Below, in pieces: positions 35,938-44,030 of a stretch of 64,000 nucleotides of DNA. Each line of letters starts with the position of its first letter. Within the stretch, counting starts at the first letter, position 1. The position numbers and the translations under genes are program-made. The notes below the pieces were generated by a model, which saw nothing but the letters and a program-made list of their open reading frames with translations, was not told the origin of the DNA and made no database searches. This DNA comes from Alphaproteobacteria bacterium. GTDB taxonomy: Bacteria > Pseudomonadota > Alphaproteobacteria > Rs-D84. Location: NCBI GenBank assembly GCA_017960855.1, contig JAGCYJ010000003.1, forward strand, positions 4,686 through 68,685, given 5' to 3'.

Positions 35938-36975
35938 ATGCACGCAATGATATTCTTTCTGCTGTTGTTGGGGTTCTTTTGGGTGGCACGTTCTATATTT
36001 ATACCGTTCTTAATCGCACTGTTTTTGTGGTACATGATGAATGTTATCGCCGATGGTTTCAGACAGTTTATGCCATACTATAAACACCCTTCGGTTATGG
36101 GACGTATGCTTGATTGGATATCACGCATTTTGTCCATTGGTGCAATTTGTTTTGTCTTCTATTTATTCGCGACACATATTAAGCCAATGTTTGCGCAATT
36201 ACAAACGACGCTGCCGGTATTACAAGAAAGATTATTATCGGCAATGGGATATATATCTGGCTTGTTGGGAATTTCTTTTGATATGAATTTATTACCAAAC
36301 TTTGCACAAATTGCTGCAACCGTTGGCGCATCTGCTGCTGGTATTGCCGCATCTGTCGGTATGATTGTGATTTACATTTTGTTTCTATTTTTGGAACAAG
36401 AAACATTTGGAAACAAGATTAAAAACCTGTTTGCTAACAAACGCCAATCCAAGAAATATGCGTACATTATTGAAAGCGTTGATAGAAATATGAAACGCTA
36501 CTTATTTATGAAAACAATTATTTCTGGGCTGACTGGATTAAGCGCTTATGTTTTGTTGCGTGTGCTTGGATTAGAATTCGCTGGCGCTTGGGCATTTATG
36601 ATATTCATATTAAACTATATTCCAACGCTGGGTTCCATTATGGCATGCGCATTACCAATCTTGTTTGCATTGGCAACGGGCTCATCTTTTGAATTGGTAT
36701 TCTTTACCTCTGTTGGCTTAATTGGCCTTGAAATATTGTTTGGCAATATATTGGATCCAAAACTTACCGGCAAGGCATTAAATCTTTCCACACTTGCTAT
36801 TTTAATAAACTTGGTATTTTGGGGAATGATATGGGGTGTTGTCGGAATGTTCCTAAGTGTTCCATTATTGATGATTATATTCATCATAGCTGCCCAGTTT
36901 GATTCAACGCGTCCGCTTGCCGTTTTATTATCTGCAAATGGAAACATACCAGACATTCGTGGCGACGAAGAATAA
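35938..36975 (+). CDS. AI-2E (PerM/YhhT, UPF0118) family transporter
   Basis: 345 aa with about 8 TM helices. Motifs NYIPTLGS and GMIWGVVGMFLSVPL are typical of AI-2E. Confidence 0.75.
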   Translation: MHAMIFFLLLLGFFWVARSIFIPFLIALFLWYMMNVIADGFRQFMPYYKHPSVMGRMLDWISRILSIGAICFVFYLFATHIKPMFAQLQTTLPVLQERLLSAMGYISGLLGISFDMNLLPNFAQIAATVGASAAGIAASVGMIVIYILFLFLEQETFGNKIKNLFANKRQSKKYAYIIESVDRNMKRYLFMKTIISGLTGLSAYVLLRVLGLEFAGAWAFMIFILNYIPTLGSIMACALPILFALATGSSFELVFFTSVGLIGLEILFGNILDPKLTGKALNLSTLAILINLVFWGMIWGVVGMFLSVPLLMIIFIIAAQFDSTRPLAVLLSANGNIPDIRGDEE

Positions 36976-36983
36976 TATAAAAT

Positions 36984-37029
36984 AAAAACGCGCTATGTGC
37001 TTTTATTCCTGTACATAGCGCGTTTTTTA
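36984..37029. terminator. Bidirectional terminator, second full copy of the conserved hairpin family (AI-2E gene / ruvX)
   Basis: AAAAACGCGCTATGTGC, 10-nt loop, GTACATAGCGCGTTTTTTAT. Confidence 0.75.
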
Positions 37030-37039
37030 TACCCTATTT

Positions 37040-37477
37040 TTATAATCTGTTTATAACCGCGATTGCATTTTCCAAAATTATTCGTGCGGATTCAGAATCC
37101 AGTTTTTCTTTCACTTCTTTTACCGTACGTAATTTGCTTTCTTCACTGGCACTGCTGCTGGTCAAAGTTTCATCGATAAAACAGATTGGCAAGTCAGTAT
37201 ATTTTGCGATCTGCCCCGCCACTTCACGAACCATCTTCGTCGTTTCTGATTCTGTGCCATCTGTCCGCAGGGGCAACCCCACCACAATTCCAACAACACG
37301 TTCAGCAACCGCTAAATCCGCCATTTGTTTCGCCATATCGCCACCAACAATCGGCGGACGAGCAAAGGTAAAATCGCGCTTTTCATCAGAAATGGCAACA
37401 CCTGTGCGCCGTGCGCCCCAGTCAAACCCAATAATGCGTCCCACGCGTGGAAAATCCTTGAAATCGGGCATAATCAT
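37040..37477 (-). CDS. ruvX: Holliday-junction-resolvase-like pre-16S rRNA nuclease RuvX (YqgF)
   Basis: IIGFDWGARRTGVAISD and GLPLRTDGTES motifs. Start at 37477 or 37471. Confidence 0.85.
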   Translation of the reverse strand: MIMPDFKDFPRVGRIIGFDWGARRTGVAISDEKRDFTFARPPIVGGDMAKQMADLAVAERVVGIVVGLPLRTDGTESETTKMVREVAGQIAKYTDLPICFIDETLTSSSASEESKLRTVKEVKEKLDSESARIILENAIAVINRL

Positions 37478-37485
37478 TGTATAAT
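37458..37485 (+). promoter_or_regulatory. Sigma70-like promoter for gatC and downstream genes
   Basis: TTGAAA (37458-63), 16-nt spacer, TATAAT (37480-85). It lies over the divergent ruvX start codon. Confidence 0.5.
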
Positions 37486-37515
37486 CAACCTCTGGACTTA
37501 ATAATAGGATGTAAA

Positions 37516-37812
37516 ATGGCATTTAGCAAGGAACAATTACATAAATTTGCGGACCTTATTCACATTGATATTCCGGATGAAAAATTGGCATCTATGGACA
37601 TTGATTCCGTTATTGATTGGCTGGATAAATTACAGAAAATTGACACAACTGGGGTTGAACCAATGTTGAATCCGGCATCACACGACTTGCCACGTCGCGC
37701 CGATGTTGTGACCGACAATGCTCCACGTGCAGACATATTGAAAAACACACCCGATACTGCTGGTGTATCACGTGGCTATTTCGCAGTGCCCAAGGTTATG
37801 GATGGTGAATAG
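37516..37812 (+). CDS. gatC: Asp/Glu-tRNA amidotransferase subunit C
   Basis: 98 aa. LIHIDIPDEKL...VEPMLNP...RAD pattern of GatC. ATG at 37516 follows AGGATG. Confidence 0.85.
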   Translation: MAFSKEQLHKFADLIHIDIPDEKLASMDIDSVIDWLDKLQKIDTTGVEPMLNPASHDLPRRADVVTDNAPRADILKNTPDTAGVSRGYFAVPKVMDGE

Positions 37813-37814
37813 GT

Positions 37815-38435
37815 ATGAGCAAGGGTCACAAAATAAATTTTTATCGTTCAAGTAAAGTACCGTATGCAAATCCGTATGCATATCGCAAACCTGCTTCGCT
37901 ATATCCAAAATCCAAACTGACAACACAGAAAAGTGAAAAAACATCAACAAAAACTATCGAGCATCAACAAAAACCGGTATCAGCAATATCTTATAGTGAA
38001 AAAGCATCAACAAAAACCATTGAGCAACCAAAAAAACCGGTATCAGTGATATCTTATGTTGAATCATTTGTTGAAGAAGAAGAATACACAGCATCACAAA
38101 CAAGCAAGAATATCGTTTCGCTAAATGGTCGGTTTCTGCACATTAGGGATGGCTATACTACTATTCAAAATCTTACGAATTTAGCAAAAACCATGGAACC
38201 CGAACCACAATCATGCATACGGGCGATTGAATATGTGTTGGATAACGGCACCTTTGTATTGATAACCGAATTCAATATGAAAACAAAATGCACAGATTGG
38301 ATGGATGAGCCATCAGATGAAACAAAACAGAAACTGTGTCGTAAATTTTCGTGTGCCGGTGAATGTATCGATGCAGATATGCGCAAGATTTTGGCACTAA
38401 TATTACCTGAAACATATGGAACCACACAGAGATAA
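37815..38435 (+). CDS. Basic protein of unknown function (gat-cluster insert A), contains 2x21-aa repeat
   Basis: 206 aa, starting 2 nt after the gatC stop. N-terminus is K/T/Q-rich with YAYRKPASLY. Tandem SEK(T/A)STKTIE...KPVS(A/V)ISY. Cys-containing C-terminal domain. No signal peptide or TM helix. Confidence 0.5.
   Translation: MSKGHKINFYRSSKVPYANPYAYRKPASLYPKSKLTTQKSEKTSTKTIEHQQKPVSAISYSEKASTKTIEQPKKPVSVISYVESFVEEEEYTASQTSKNIVSLNGRFLHIRDGYTTIQNLTNLAKTMEPEPQSCIRAIEYVLDNGTFVLITEFNMKTKCTDWMDEPSDETKQKLCRKFSCAGECIDADMRKILALILPETYGTTQR
37932..38057 (+). repeat. 2 x 63-bp in-frame tandem repeat inside insert A
   Basis: AGTGAAAAAACATCAACAAAAACTATCGAGCATCAACAAAAACCGGTATCAGCAATATCTTAT versus AGTGAAAAAGCATCAACAAAAACCATTGAGCAACCAAAAAAACCGGTATCAGTGATATCTTAT. 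Confidence 0.9.
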
Positions 38436-38439
38436 ATAG

Positions 38440-39051
38440 ATGAAAAAAATACCGCAAAAAACTCTTAATCGTTTAGACAAACTAAAAGCACAAACAGATG
38501 TGCTAAACCGTGATTTCCAAAATGACATCTGGGCATTGCAAAAGAAATATAATATCACAGATAAACATTTTGATTATGACTATGATAACTGGGTGCAAAA
38601 TGATTATGACTTTCAAGACGATTTTGCAGAATTGTATCACGAACATGACCGTAAATATCAAATGGCTTTGGCACAATGGGCGGCACTGTTTCTGATTGCG
38701 ACAAATATCGCACGTCGTGGAAAACCATTACACCCCGATGTTGCAATACAAAAATTATCAAAAATGGGCAACAGTCGCACGACTATGACCATAACAGACA
38801 TGATAGATATGCCGGTTCTTCGGCCGATGGTTGGAGATTCTGAACCATTCTTGGCCAACGAATTATATTACACATATGGTGTTGTGTTGATGGACTCGTA
38901 TTTGGCTAATCGGGTAAAACAAAAAATCACCCACTATTCAGCCATACCATGGCAACAGAAAAAGGCGCAACATTACAAAAACTTTCTGAAGAAGTTTCAC
39001 AAGTCGGTGTTAGCACCAAAATTTGACCAACGCGAATACGAACATTTTTAA
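38440..39051 (+). CDS. Protein of unknown function (gat-cluster insert B)
   Basis: 203 aa, starting 4 nt after insert A. Acidic DYDYDNWVQNDYDFQDDF patch followed by a basic C-terminus. No recognised motif. Confidence 0.5.
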   Translation: MKKIPQKTLNRLDKLKAQTDVLNRDFQNDIWALQKKYNITDKHFDYDYDNWVQNDYDFQDDFAELYHEHDRKYQMALAQWAALFLIATNIARRGKPLHPDVAIQKLSKMGNSRTTMTITDMIDMPVLRPMVGDSEPFLANELYYTYGVVLMDSYLANRVKQKITHYSAIPWQQKKAQHYKNFLKKFHKSVLAPKFDQREYEHF

Positions 39052-39073
39052 TCACGAAAGATAGGAAGAGCAA

Positions 39074-40540
39074 ATGATTGATTTAACAATACACGAAGCA
39101 TTGGAAAAATTAAAGAGCGGTGAAATAAGCGCGACCGAATTGACGCGTGCATATATTGATCGTATTGAAAAATATGGCGACGAATTAAATTGCTATATCA
39201 CACGCACCCCTGAACGCGCATTGGCGGATGCGGCGGTGGCAGATGAACATTATAAAAACGGTACCGCACGTGCACTTGAAGGGATTCCAATCGGTATGAA
39301 GGATTTATTTGCCACACGTGGTATTCGCACAACGGCGGCGTCCCGAATGCTGGAAAACTTTGTCCCTGAATACGAATCCACTGTTTCACAAAAATTCATT
39401 GATTCTGGTTCTGTTCTGTTGGGTAAAACGAATTTGGATGAATTCGCAATGGGAACATTCAGCAAGACATCTTATTTCGGCGCACCGGTTAATCCGTGGC
39501 AATTGGAACGCAAATTAACGGCGGGCGGTTCGTCTGGCGGTTCTACATCAGCCGTTGCTGGTGGTTTATGCATGGGCGCGACGGGAACCGACACCGGTGG
39601 TTCAATTCGTTTCCCATCTGCGATTACTGGTCTGGTTGGTATGAAACCAACATACGGTTTGTGCTCTCGTTGGGGCTGTGTTGCATTCGCATCAAGTTTA
39701 GATACCCCAGGGGCAATCGCACGCACGACCGATGATGCAGCACTGATGTTATCGGTTATGGCGGGTCATGATCCCAAGGATTCAACCAGCGAAGATGCCG
39801 GATTTAATGTACATACACCACTTGACCCAATTTTGGGAAATGGTAAAAAATTACGCGTCGGGGTTATTCGTGAATTGAACGATGTCAAAATTTCTGACGA
39901 TATGAAAAAGTTATTCAACGACCGTGTTGCTGATTTAAAATCTGCGGGCGCTGAAATAGTAGAGGTTTCAATTCCAAACATTTTGGATGCATTGGCGGCA
40001 TACTACATTATTGCTCCAGCAGAGGCGTCATCTAACCTTGCCCGTTATGATGGTATGCGCTATGGATTGCGGGTTGAGGGTTCCGATTTAATTGACACAT
40101 ATAACAAGACACGTGCAGCGGGATTTGGAACTGAAGTACAACGCCGTATGATTGTTGGAACAGCTGTGTTGTCCAGTGAATCTTATGAAGTTTATTTCAT
40201 GCAGGCCGCACGTGTTCGTCGCATGATATCGGACAGTTTTAATGCCGCATTTAAACAATGTGATTTGATTGTTTGCCCAACAAGCGCAGGAACCGCACAA
40301 CCATTGGATGCGGATTTGACACCATTGGAATATTATGCGTTGGATATGTTTACCGTCGCAATGAATTTGGCGGGCATTCCGGCATGCAGTGTTCCGGCGG
40401 GAATGGCCACGAACGGTCTGCCATTGGGCATGCAGGTTGTTGGGAATCGTTTTGACGATTTGCGCGTGATGCAGTTGGCAAAACACATTGAACAATTCGC
40501 CGGCGTTGATAATCGCCCAACAAAAATTATGGGGAAATAA
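39074..40540 (+). CDS. gatA: Glutamyl-tRNA(Gln)/Asp-tRNA(Asn) amidotransferase subunit A
   Basis: Amidase signature GGSSGGSTSAVA...GTDTGGSIRFPSA. 488 aa. Confidence 0.95.
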   Translation: MIDLTIHEALEKLKSGEISATELTRAYIDRIEKYGDELNCYITRTPERALADAAVADEHYKNGTARALEGIPIGMKDLFATRGIRTTAASRMLENFVPEYESTVSQKFIDSGSVLLGKTNLDEFAMGTFSKTSYFGAPVNPWQLERKLTAGGSSGGSTSAVAGGLCMGATGTDTGGSIRFPSAITGLVGMKPTYGLCSRWGCVAFASSLDTPGAIARTTDDAALMLSVMAGHDPKDSTSEDAGFNVHTPLDPILGNGKKLRVGVIRELNDVKISDDMKKLFNDRVADLKSAGAEIVEVSIPNILDALAAYYIIAPAEASSNLARYDGMRYGLRVEGSDLIDTYNKTRAAGFGTEVQRRMIVGTAVLSSESYEVYFMQAARVRRMISDSFNAAFKQCDLIVCPTSAGTAQPLDADLTPLEYYALDMFTVAMNLAGIPACSVPAGMATNGLPLGMQVVGNRFDDLRVMQLAKHIEQFAGVDNRPTKIMGK

Positions 40541-40541
40541 A

Positions 40542-41009
40542 ATGAATCCGTATCGCGAATTAAGCAACTTTATAATTACAAATATTTATAAACAATTGCA
40601 AAAAAAAGGCCCACTTACTTTATTTGACCTAAAACACATGGTTGCTGGTGCACTTTGGGAAGAGAAGCAAAAGAAGAAATCCAAAATAGATAGAAACTTT
40701 GCTTTGCACAGGTATTCTGTATACCGCAAACGTTGGATATCACTAATGGATTATTGTTTAGGCGCCCAAGAATCGGCGGGTTTTTTACGAAAACAACCCT
40801 GCGAAGTTCCACCTACGGCTACGTATTTTGAAGACAGTGCTATTCTATATTCGATTACGGATGCAGGGCTTACACAGTTGAAAAACTCTTCCCCAGATTC
40901 TATGTTTGGTGCCGCCCAACAAGTAATTCATTCACGTGCGGAACAAATGTTAAAATGCAGAGTAATTCAAACAAGGAAACATTATGATTTAATAACGAAA
41001 AAAAGGTAA
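40542..41009 (+). CDS. Basic protein of unknown function (gat-cluster insert C), possibly winged-helix-like
   Basis: 155 aa. ATG lies 1 nt after the gatA stop and follows GGGGA. The pattern GPLTLFDLKHMV...FLRKQP...ILYSITDAGLTQL loosely resembles a PadR-type wHTH. This is a weak call made by eye. Confidence 0.4.
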   Translation: MNPYRELSNFIITNIYKQLQKKGPLTLFDLKHMVAGALWEEKQKKKSKIDRNFALHRYSVYRKRWISLMDYCLGAQESAGFLRKQPCEVPPTATYFEDSAILYSITDAGLTQLKNSSPDSMFGAAQQVIHSRAEQMLKCRVIQTRKHYDLITKKR

Positions 41010-41015
41010 AAAAAA

Positions 41016-41091
41016 TGGTGGCTAGGAACGGAATCGAACCGCTGACACAGGGATTTTCAGTCCCTTGCTCTACCAACTGAGCTACCTAGCC
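41016..41091 (-). tRNA. tRNA-Phe (anticodon GAA)
   Basis: The reverse complement GGCTAGGTAGCTCAGTTGGTAGAGCAAGGGACTGAAAATCCCTGTGTCAGCGGTTCGATTCCGTTCCTAGCCACCA folds as a cloverleaf. It has a 7-bp acceptor stem, anticodon loop CT-GAA-AA, a GTTCGATTC T-loop and an encoded CCA. Confidence 0.95.
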
Positions 41092-41101
41092 AACGGACGC
41101 C

Positions 41102-41130
41102 ATAATAGGATACGAAAAACGAAAAAGCAA
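41102..41130 (-). promoter_or_regulatory. Promoter for tRNA-Phe, overlapping the gatB RBS on the other strand
   Basis: Minus strand reads TTGCTT, 17-nt spacer, TATTAT. The -10 element ends 10 nt before the mature tRNA 5' end. Confidence 0.45.
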
Positions 41131-41142
41131 GGAAAAAGAAAA

Positions 41143-42663
41143 ATGTTTACAATAAAAGGCAAAACAGGTGAATGGGAAGTTGTTGTTGGGTTGGAAACTC
41201 ATATAGAGGTCTTGTCCAATTCAAAATTGTTCAGTGGCGCATCTGCGGACTATAATCCGACCGTTGCCCCGAACACCCAGGTTTCTATGGTTGATGCGGC
41301 TATGCCGGGTATGTTGCCGGTATTAAATGATTACTGTGTCGACCAAGCGATTAAATTCGGTTTAGGGATAAACGCCGAAATATCACACAAAAGCAAGTTT
41401 GCCCGTAAACAGTATTTTTACCCTGACCTGCCCCAAGGATACCAAATTTCACAGCCAGCCGAAGAACCACCGGTTGTCGGTCGTGGCTATGTTGAAATCA
41501 TCGGCGACGATGGTAATCCTAAAAAGATATTTATTGAACGCGCCCACATGGAACAAGACGCCGCAAAGAATAAACACGATATGCACCCGTCAAAATCTTT
41601 TGTTGATTTGAATCGTTCGGGGGTTATGTTGCTGGAAATCGTCACTTTCTTGGACACAAAAAATCCAGAAAATAATTCATATATTACATCACCTGACGAA
41701 GCGGAAAGATACCTGCGTGAAATTCGTGAAATCGCGCGCGCACTGGGCGTATCCAAAGCGAACATGGAAGAAGGATCCATGCGCGCCGATGTTAATGTTT
41801 CTGTGCGTCCGGTCGGCGAAAAAACTTTCCGTACGCGTACCGAAACAAAAAACATGGTATCGTTTAAATTTATTAAATCTGCAATTGAATACGAAGCGCG
41901 TCGTCAAATTGAAGTATATGAAAATGGTGGCGAAGTCACCCAAGACACTATGCGCTATCACCCGGACGAAGGTATCACAACTGTTATGCGTTCCAAAGAA
42001 AACGCACTGGATTATCGTTATTTCCCAGATCCAGATTTGTTGCCGTTGATTATCACCGACGAACGCATTGAACGTATACGCAAAACTATGCCGGAATTGC
42101 CGGCGGCGACCCGCACGCGCTATATTGAAAAATATGGACTCTCGGAATATGATGCAACACGTCTTACCGAAACAACCGATATTTCGCATTGGTTTGATGC
42201 CGCGGTTGGTGATAAAACCGCACGTGCAAAACCAATTGCGAACTGGATGATTTCGGAACTGTTTGCGCATCCTGAAAACTATGATATCGAAAATCAAAAA
42301 TCTGGTGTCGTTGATGGCATGCGTATTATCACACCAACAGATTTAGCCGAATTGGTTGACATGATTGCAGCAAACGAAATCAACGGAAAGCAAGCCAAAG
42401 AAATCTTTATCAAAATGTTAGACGGCGAAACAGGCACCCCGCATGAAATTGCTGATAAATTTGGTATGAAGCAAATCACCGATACATCGGCAATAGAATC
42501 GGCGGTTGATGAAGTTATCAAAAACAATCCAGCCCAGGTTGAACAGTATAAATCTGGCAAGGTTGGATTACTTGGCTTCTTTGTTGGTAATGTTATGAAG
42601 GCAACAGCCGGTAAAGCAAACCCAGCAGTTGTAAATGAATTATTGCGTAAAAAATTAGGATAA
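41143..42663 (+). CDS. gatB: Asp/Glu-tRNA amidotransferase subunit B
   Basis: MFTIKGKTGEWEVVVGLETHIEV start and QYFYPDLPQGYQISQ motif. The track ORF start (41065) overlaps the tRNA and is rejected. ATG at 41143 follows AAGGAAAAAG. Confidence 0.95.
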   Translation: MFTIKGKTGEWEVVVGLETHIEVLSNSKLFSGASADYNPTVAPNTQVSMVDAAMPGMLPVLNDYCVDQAIKFGLGINAEISHKSKFARKQYFYPDLPQGYQISQPAEEPPVVGRGYVEIIGDDGNPKKIFIERAHMEQDAAKNKHDMHPSKSFVDLNRSGVMLLEIVTFLDTKNPENNSYITSPDEAERYLREIREIARALGVSKANMEEGSMRADVNVSVRPVGEKTFRTRTETKNMVSFKFIKSAIEYEARRQIEVYENGGEVTQDTMRYHPDEGITTVMRSKENALDYRYFPDPDLLPLIITDERIERIRKTMPELPAATRTRYIEKYGLSEYDATRLTETTDISHWFDAAVGDKTARAKPIANWMISELFAHPENYDIENQKSGVVDGMRIITPTDLAELVDMIAANEINGKQAKEIFIKMLDGETGTPHEIADKFGMKQITDTSAIESAVDEVIKNNPAQVEQYKSGKVGLLGFFVGNVMKATAGKANPAVVNELLRKKLG

Positions 42664-42666
42664 AAA

Positions 42667-42819
42667 ATGTATCGTTCAGCAAAAGAAGATCATGCACGCG
42701 TAAAACTTGCTTCAAAGCAAAATAGCGTTGCACAAAAGCAAAACAAATATCAACGAGCATTTACTAATGCTAAAATTGCCCAGCGCAATCGTGGTATCAA
42801 CAGATCAAAACATAGATAA
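42667..42819 (+). CDS. Possible 50-aa highly basic small protein (gat-cluster insert D)
   Basis: Below the track cutoff and translated by hand: MYRSAKEDHARVKLASKQNSVAQKQNKYQRAFTNAKIAQRNRGINRSKHR. ATG lies 3 nt after the gatB stop, with AGGAT upstream. Confidence 0.3.
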   Translation: MYRSAKEDHARVKLASKQNSVAQKQNKYQRAFTNAKIAQRNRGINRSKHR

Positions 42820-42837
42820 TAATAAGAAGGTAGAATA

Positions 42838-43335
42838 ATGGACGATTCCGTAGCAGAACTAGACATACATAAAATCCTTAAAACACCAGCACTTATCATT
42901 GCAGAATTAAAAGAAGAAGCGGCAAAGAGCAAAAAGCCACAGCCAGTAGAACATACTGTTGTTGTGCATGTGCCATTGCCAAAATCTATGGAACACATCA
43001 GGATTAAACCAACAGAATCTATTCCGTCTATTAAATATCCTGTTGTGATTTTAACACCGTTGCTTTCGGCACAACAAATATCAGTGCCCGAAATCGAGAT
43101 TCCAGAGATAGATATAGAGAAGATATATAATCTTTTTCATCAAGAACCAAAAAAATTTATTCTGTTGGCTTCGTACAAATATCGCAAACCAGCTATTTAT
43201 GCTAAAACGGCACAACTGTATGCGAACTCCAAGTGGATAAACAAAAGAGAGAGAATGTTGCACGCACGGTTTTTACGTGCAAAATTAAAACATCGTAAAC
43301 ACATGCACTGTATCGTAAGAATTGACTCAAAATAA
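42838..43335 (+). CDS. Basic protein of unknown function (gat-cluster insert E)
   Basis: 165 aa with RBS GAAGG. Contains YKYRKPAIYA (also present in insert A) and a basic tail RFLRAKLKHRKH. Confidence 0.45.
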   Translation: MDDSVAELDIHKILKTPALIIAELKEEAAKSKKPQPVEHTVVVHVPLPKSMEHIRIKPTESIPSIKYPVVILTPLLSAQQISVPEIEIPEIDIEKIYNLFHQEPKKFILLASYKYRKPAIYAKTAQLYANSKWINKRERMLHARFLRAKLKHRKHMHCIVRIDSK

Positions 43336-43351
43336 AAGGAAGGTAAGAAAA

Positions 43352-44023
43352 ATGAAATTAGTAAATAACCCGATTACAGGTGTAACATATATTCCGACAG
43401 AAGGACACCCTGGTACTGTGACTCGGGTAAAACGTGCAAAACCACAAGAAGCGGCAGTTCAAACACCAGATGCCACAGGAACACAAACTGGTAAATCACG
43501 TCAAAAAACACCAGCAAAAAAACATGCAACAACACAACAACATGTTGCCCCTAAAAAAACTAAAAAACCGGCTCGCGAAAGTTTAAATGTGTCATGTAAA
43601 ATAGTGACAACGGCACCATCAAAAAATCCCGTTACTGTTCGTTATGCCCGCAAAAGAACGTTGGCAATGAAAGAGCATCGCAAAGCCAAACAGATTCTGC
43701 AAACCATGCCTTTTACGCAGCCAACAGAACTTGATTATTCAGAAAAACTTGAACAGTTTTGGAACAAAGCGACAACAAAAATGAATAATCTTAAACGCAC
43801 TTTGTACCTTATACTAACATATCCAGATATAACAACGAACAAAAACACACCAAAAGATTTGTCAGAAATGCTGAACTCTCTGTTGCAAATATATAATTCC
43901 ATAAACCAATTGCCAAATATTTCTAAAAACACGAAGAAAAAGATGCGGTATGTTGTATACAGCACGATAATGGTAACACGAAACACACGCAAGATTCTGC
44001 TTGCAAACAGAAAAACTAGATAA
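43352..44023 (+). CDS. Basic protein of unknown function (gat-cluster insert F), histone-H1-like low-complexity segment
   Basis: 223 aa with strong RBS AGGAAGG. TPAKKHATTQQHVAPKKTKKPA stretch. No TM helix or signal peptide. Confidence 0.45.
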   Translation: MKLVNNPITGVTYIPTEGHPGTVTRVKRAKPQEAAVQTPDATGTQTGKSRQKTPAKKHATTQQHVAPKKTKKPARESLNVSCKIVTTAPSKNPVTVRYARKRTLAMKEHRKAKQILQTMPFTQPTELDYSEKLEQFWNKATTKMNNLKRTLYLILTYPDITTNKNTPKDLSEMLNSLLQIYNSINQLPNISKNTKKKMRYVVYSTIMVTRNTRKILLANRKTR

Positions 44024-44030
44024 CAACAAA

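Noticed and set aside
41065-41142. N-terminal extension of gatB (track start 41065)
   Set aside because: It would be translated from within the antisense tRNA-Phe gene. The conserved GatB N-terminus begins at MFTIKG (41143), which has an RBS.
41487-42297. Minus-strand ORFs of 122 and 202 aa
   Set aside because: Antisense to gatB, with no recognisable motifs.
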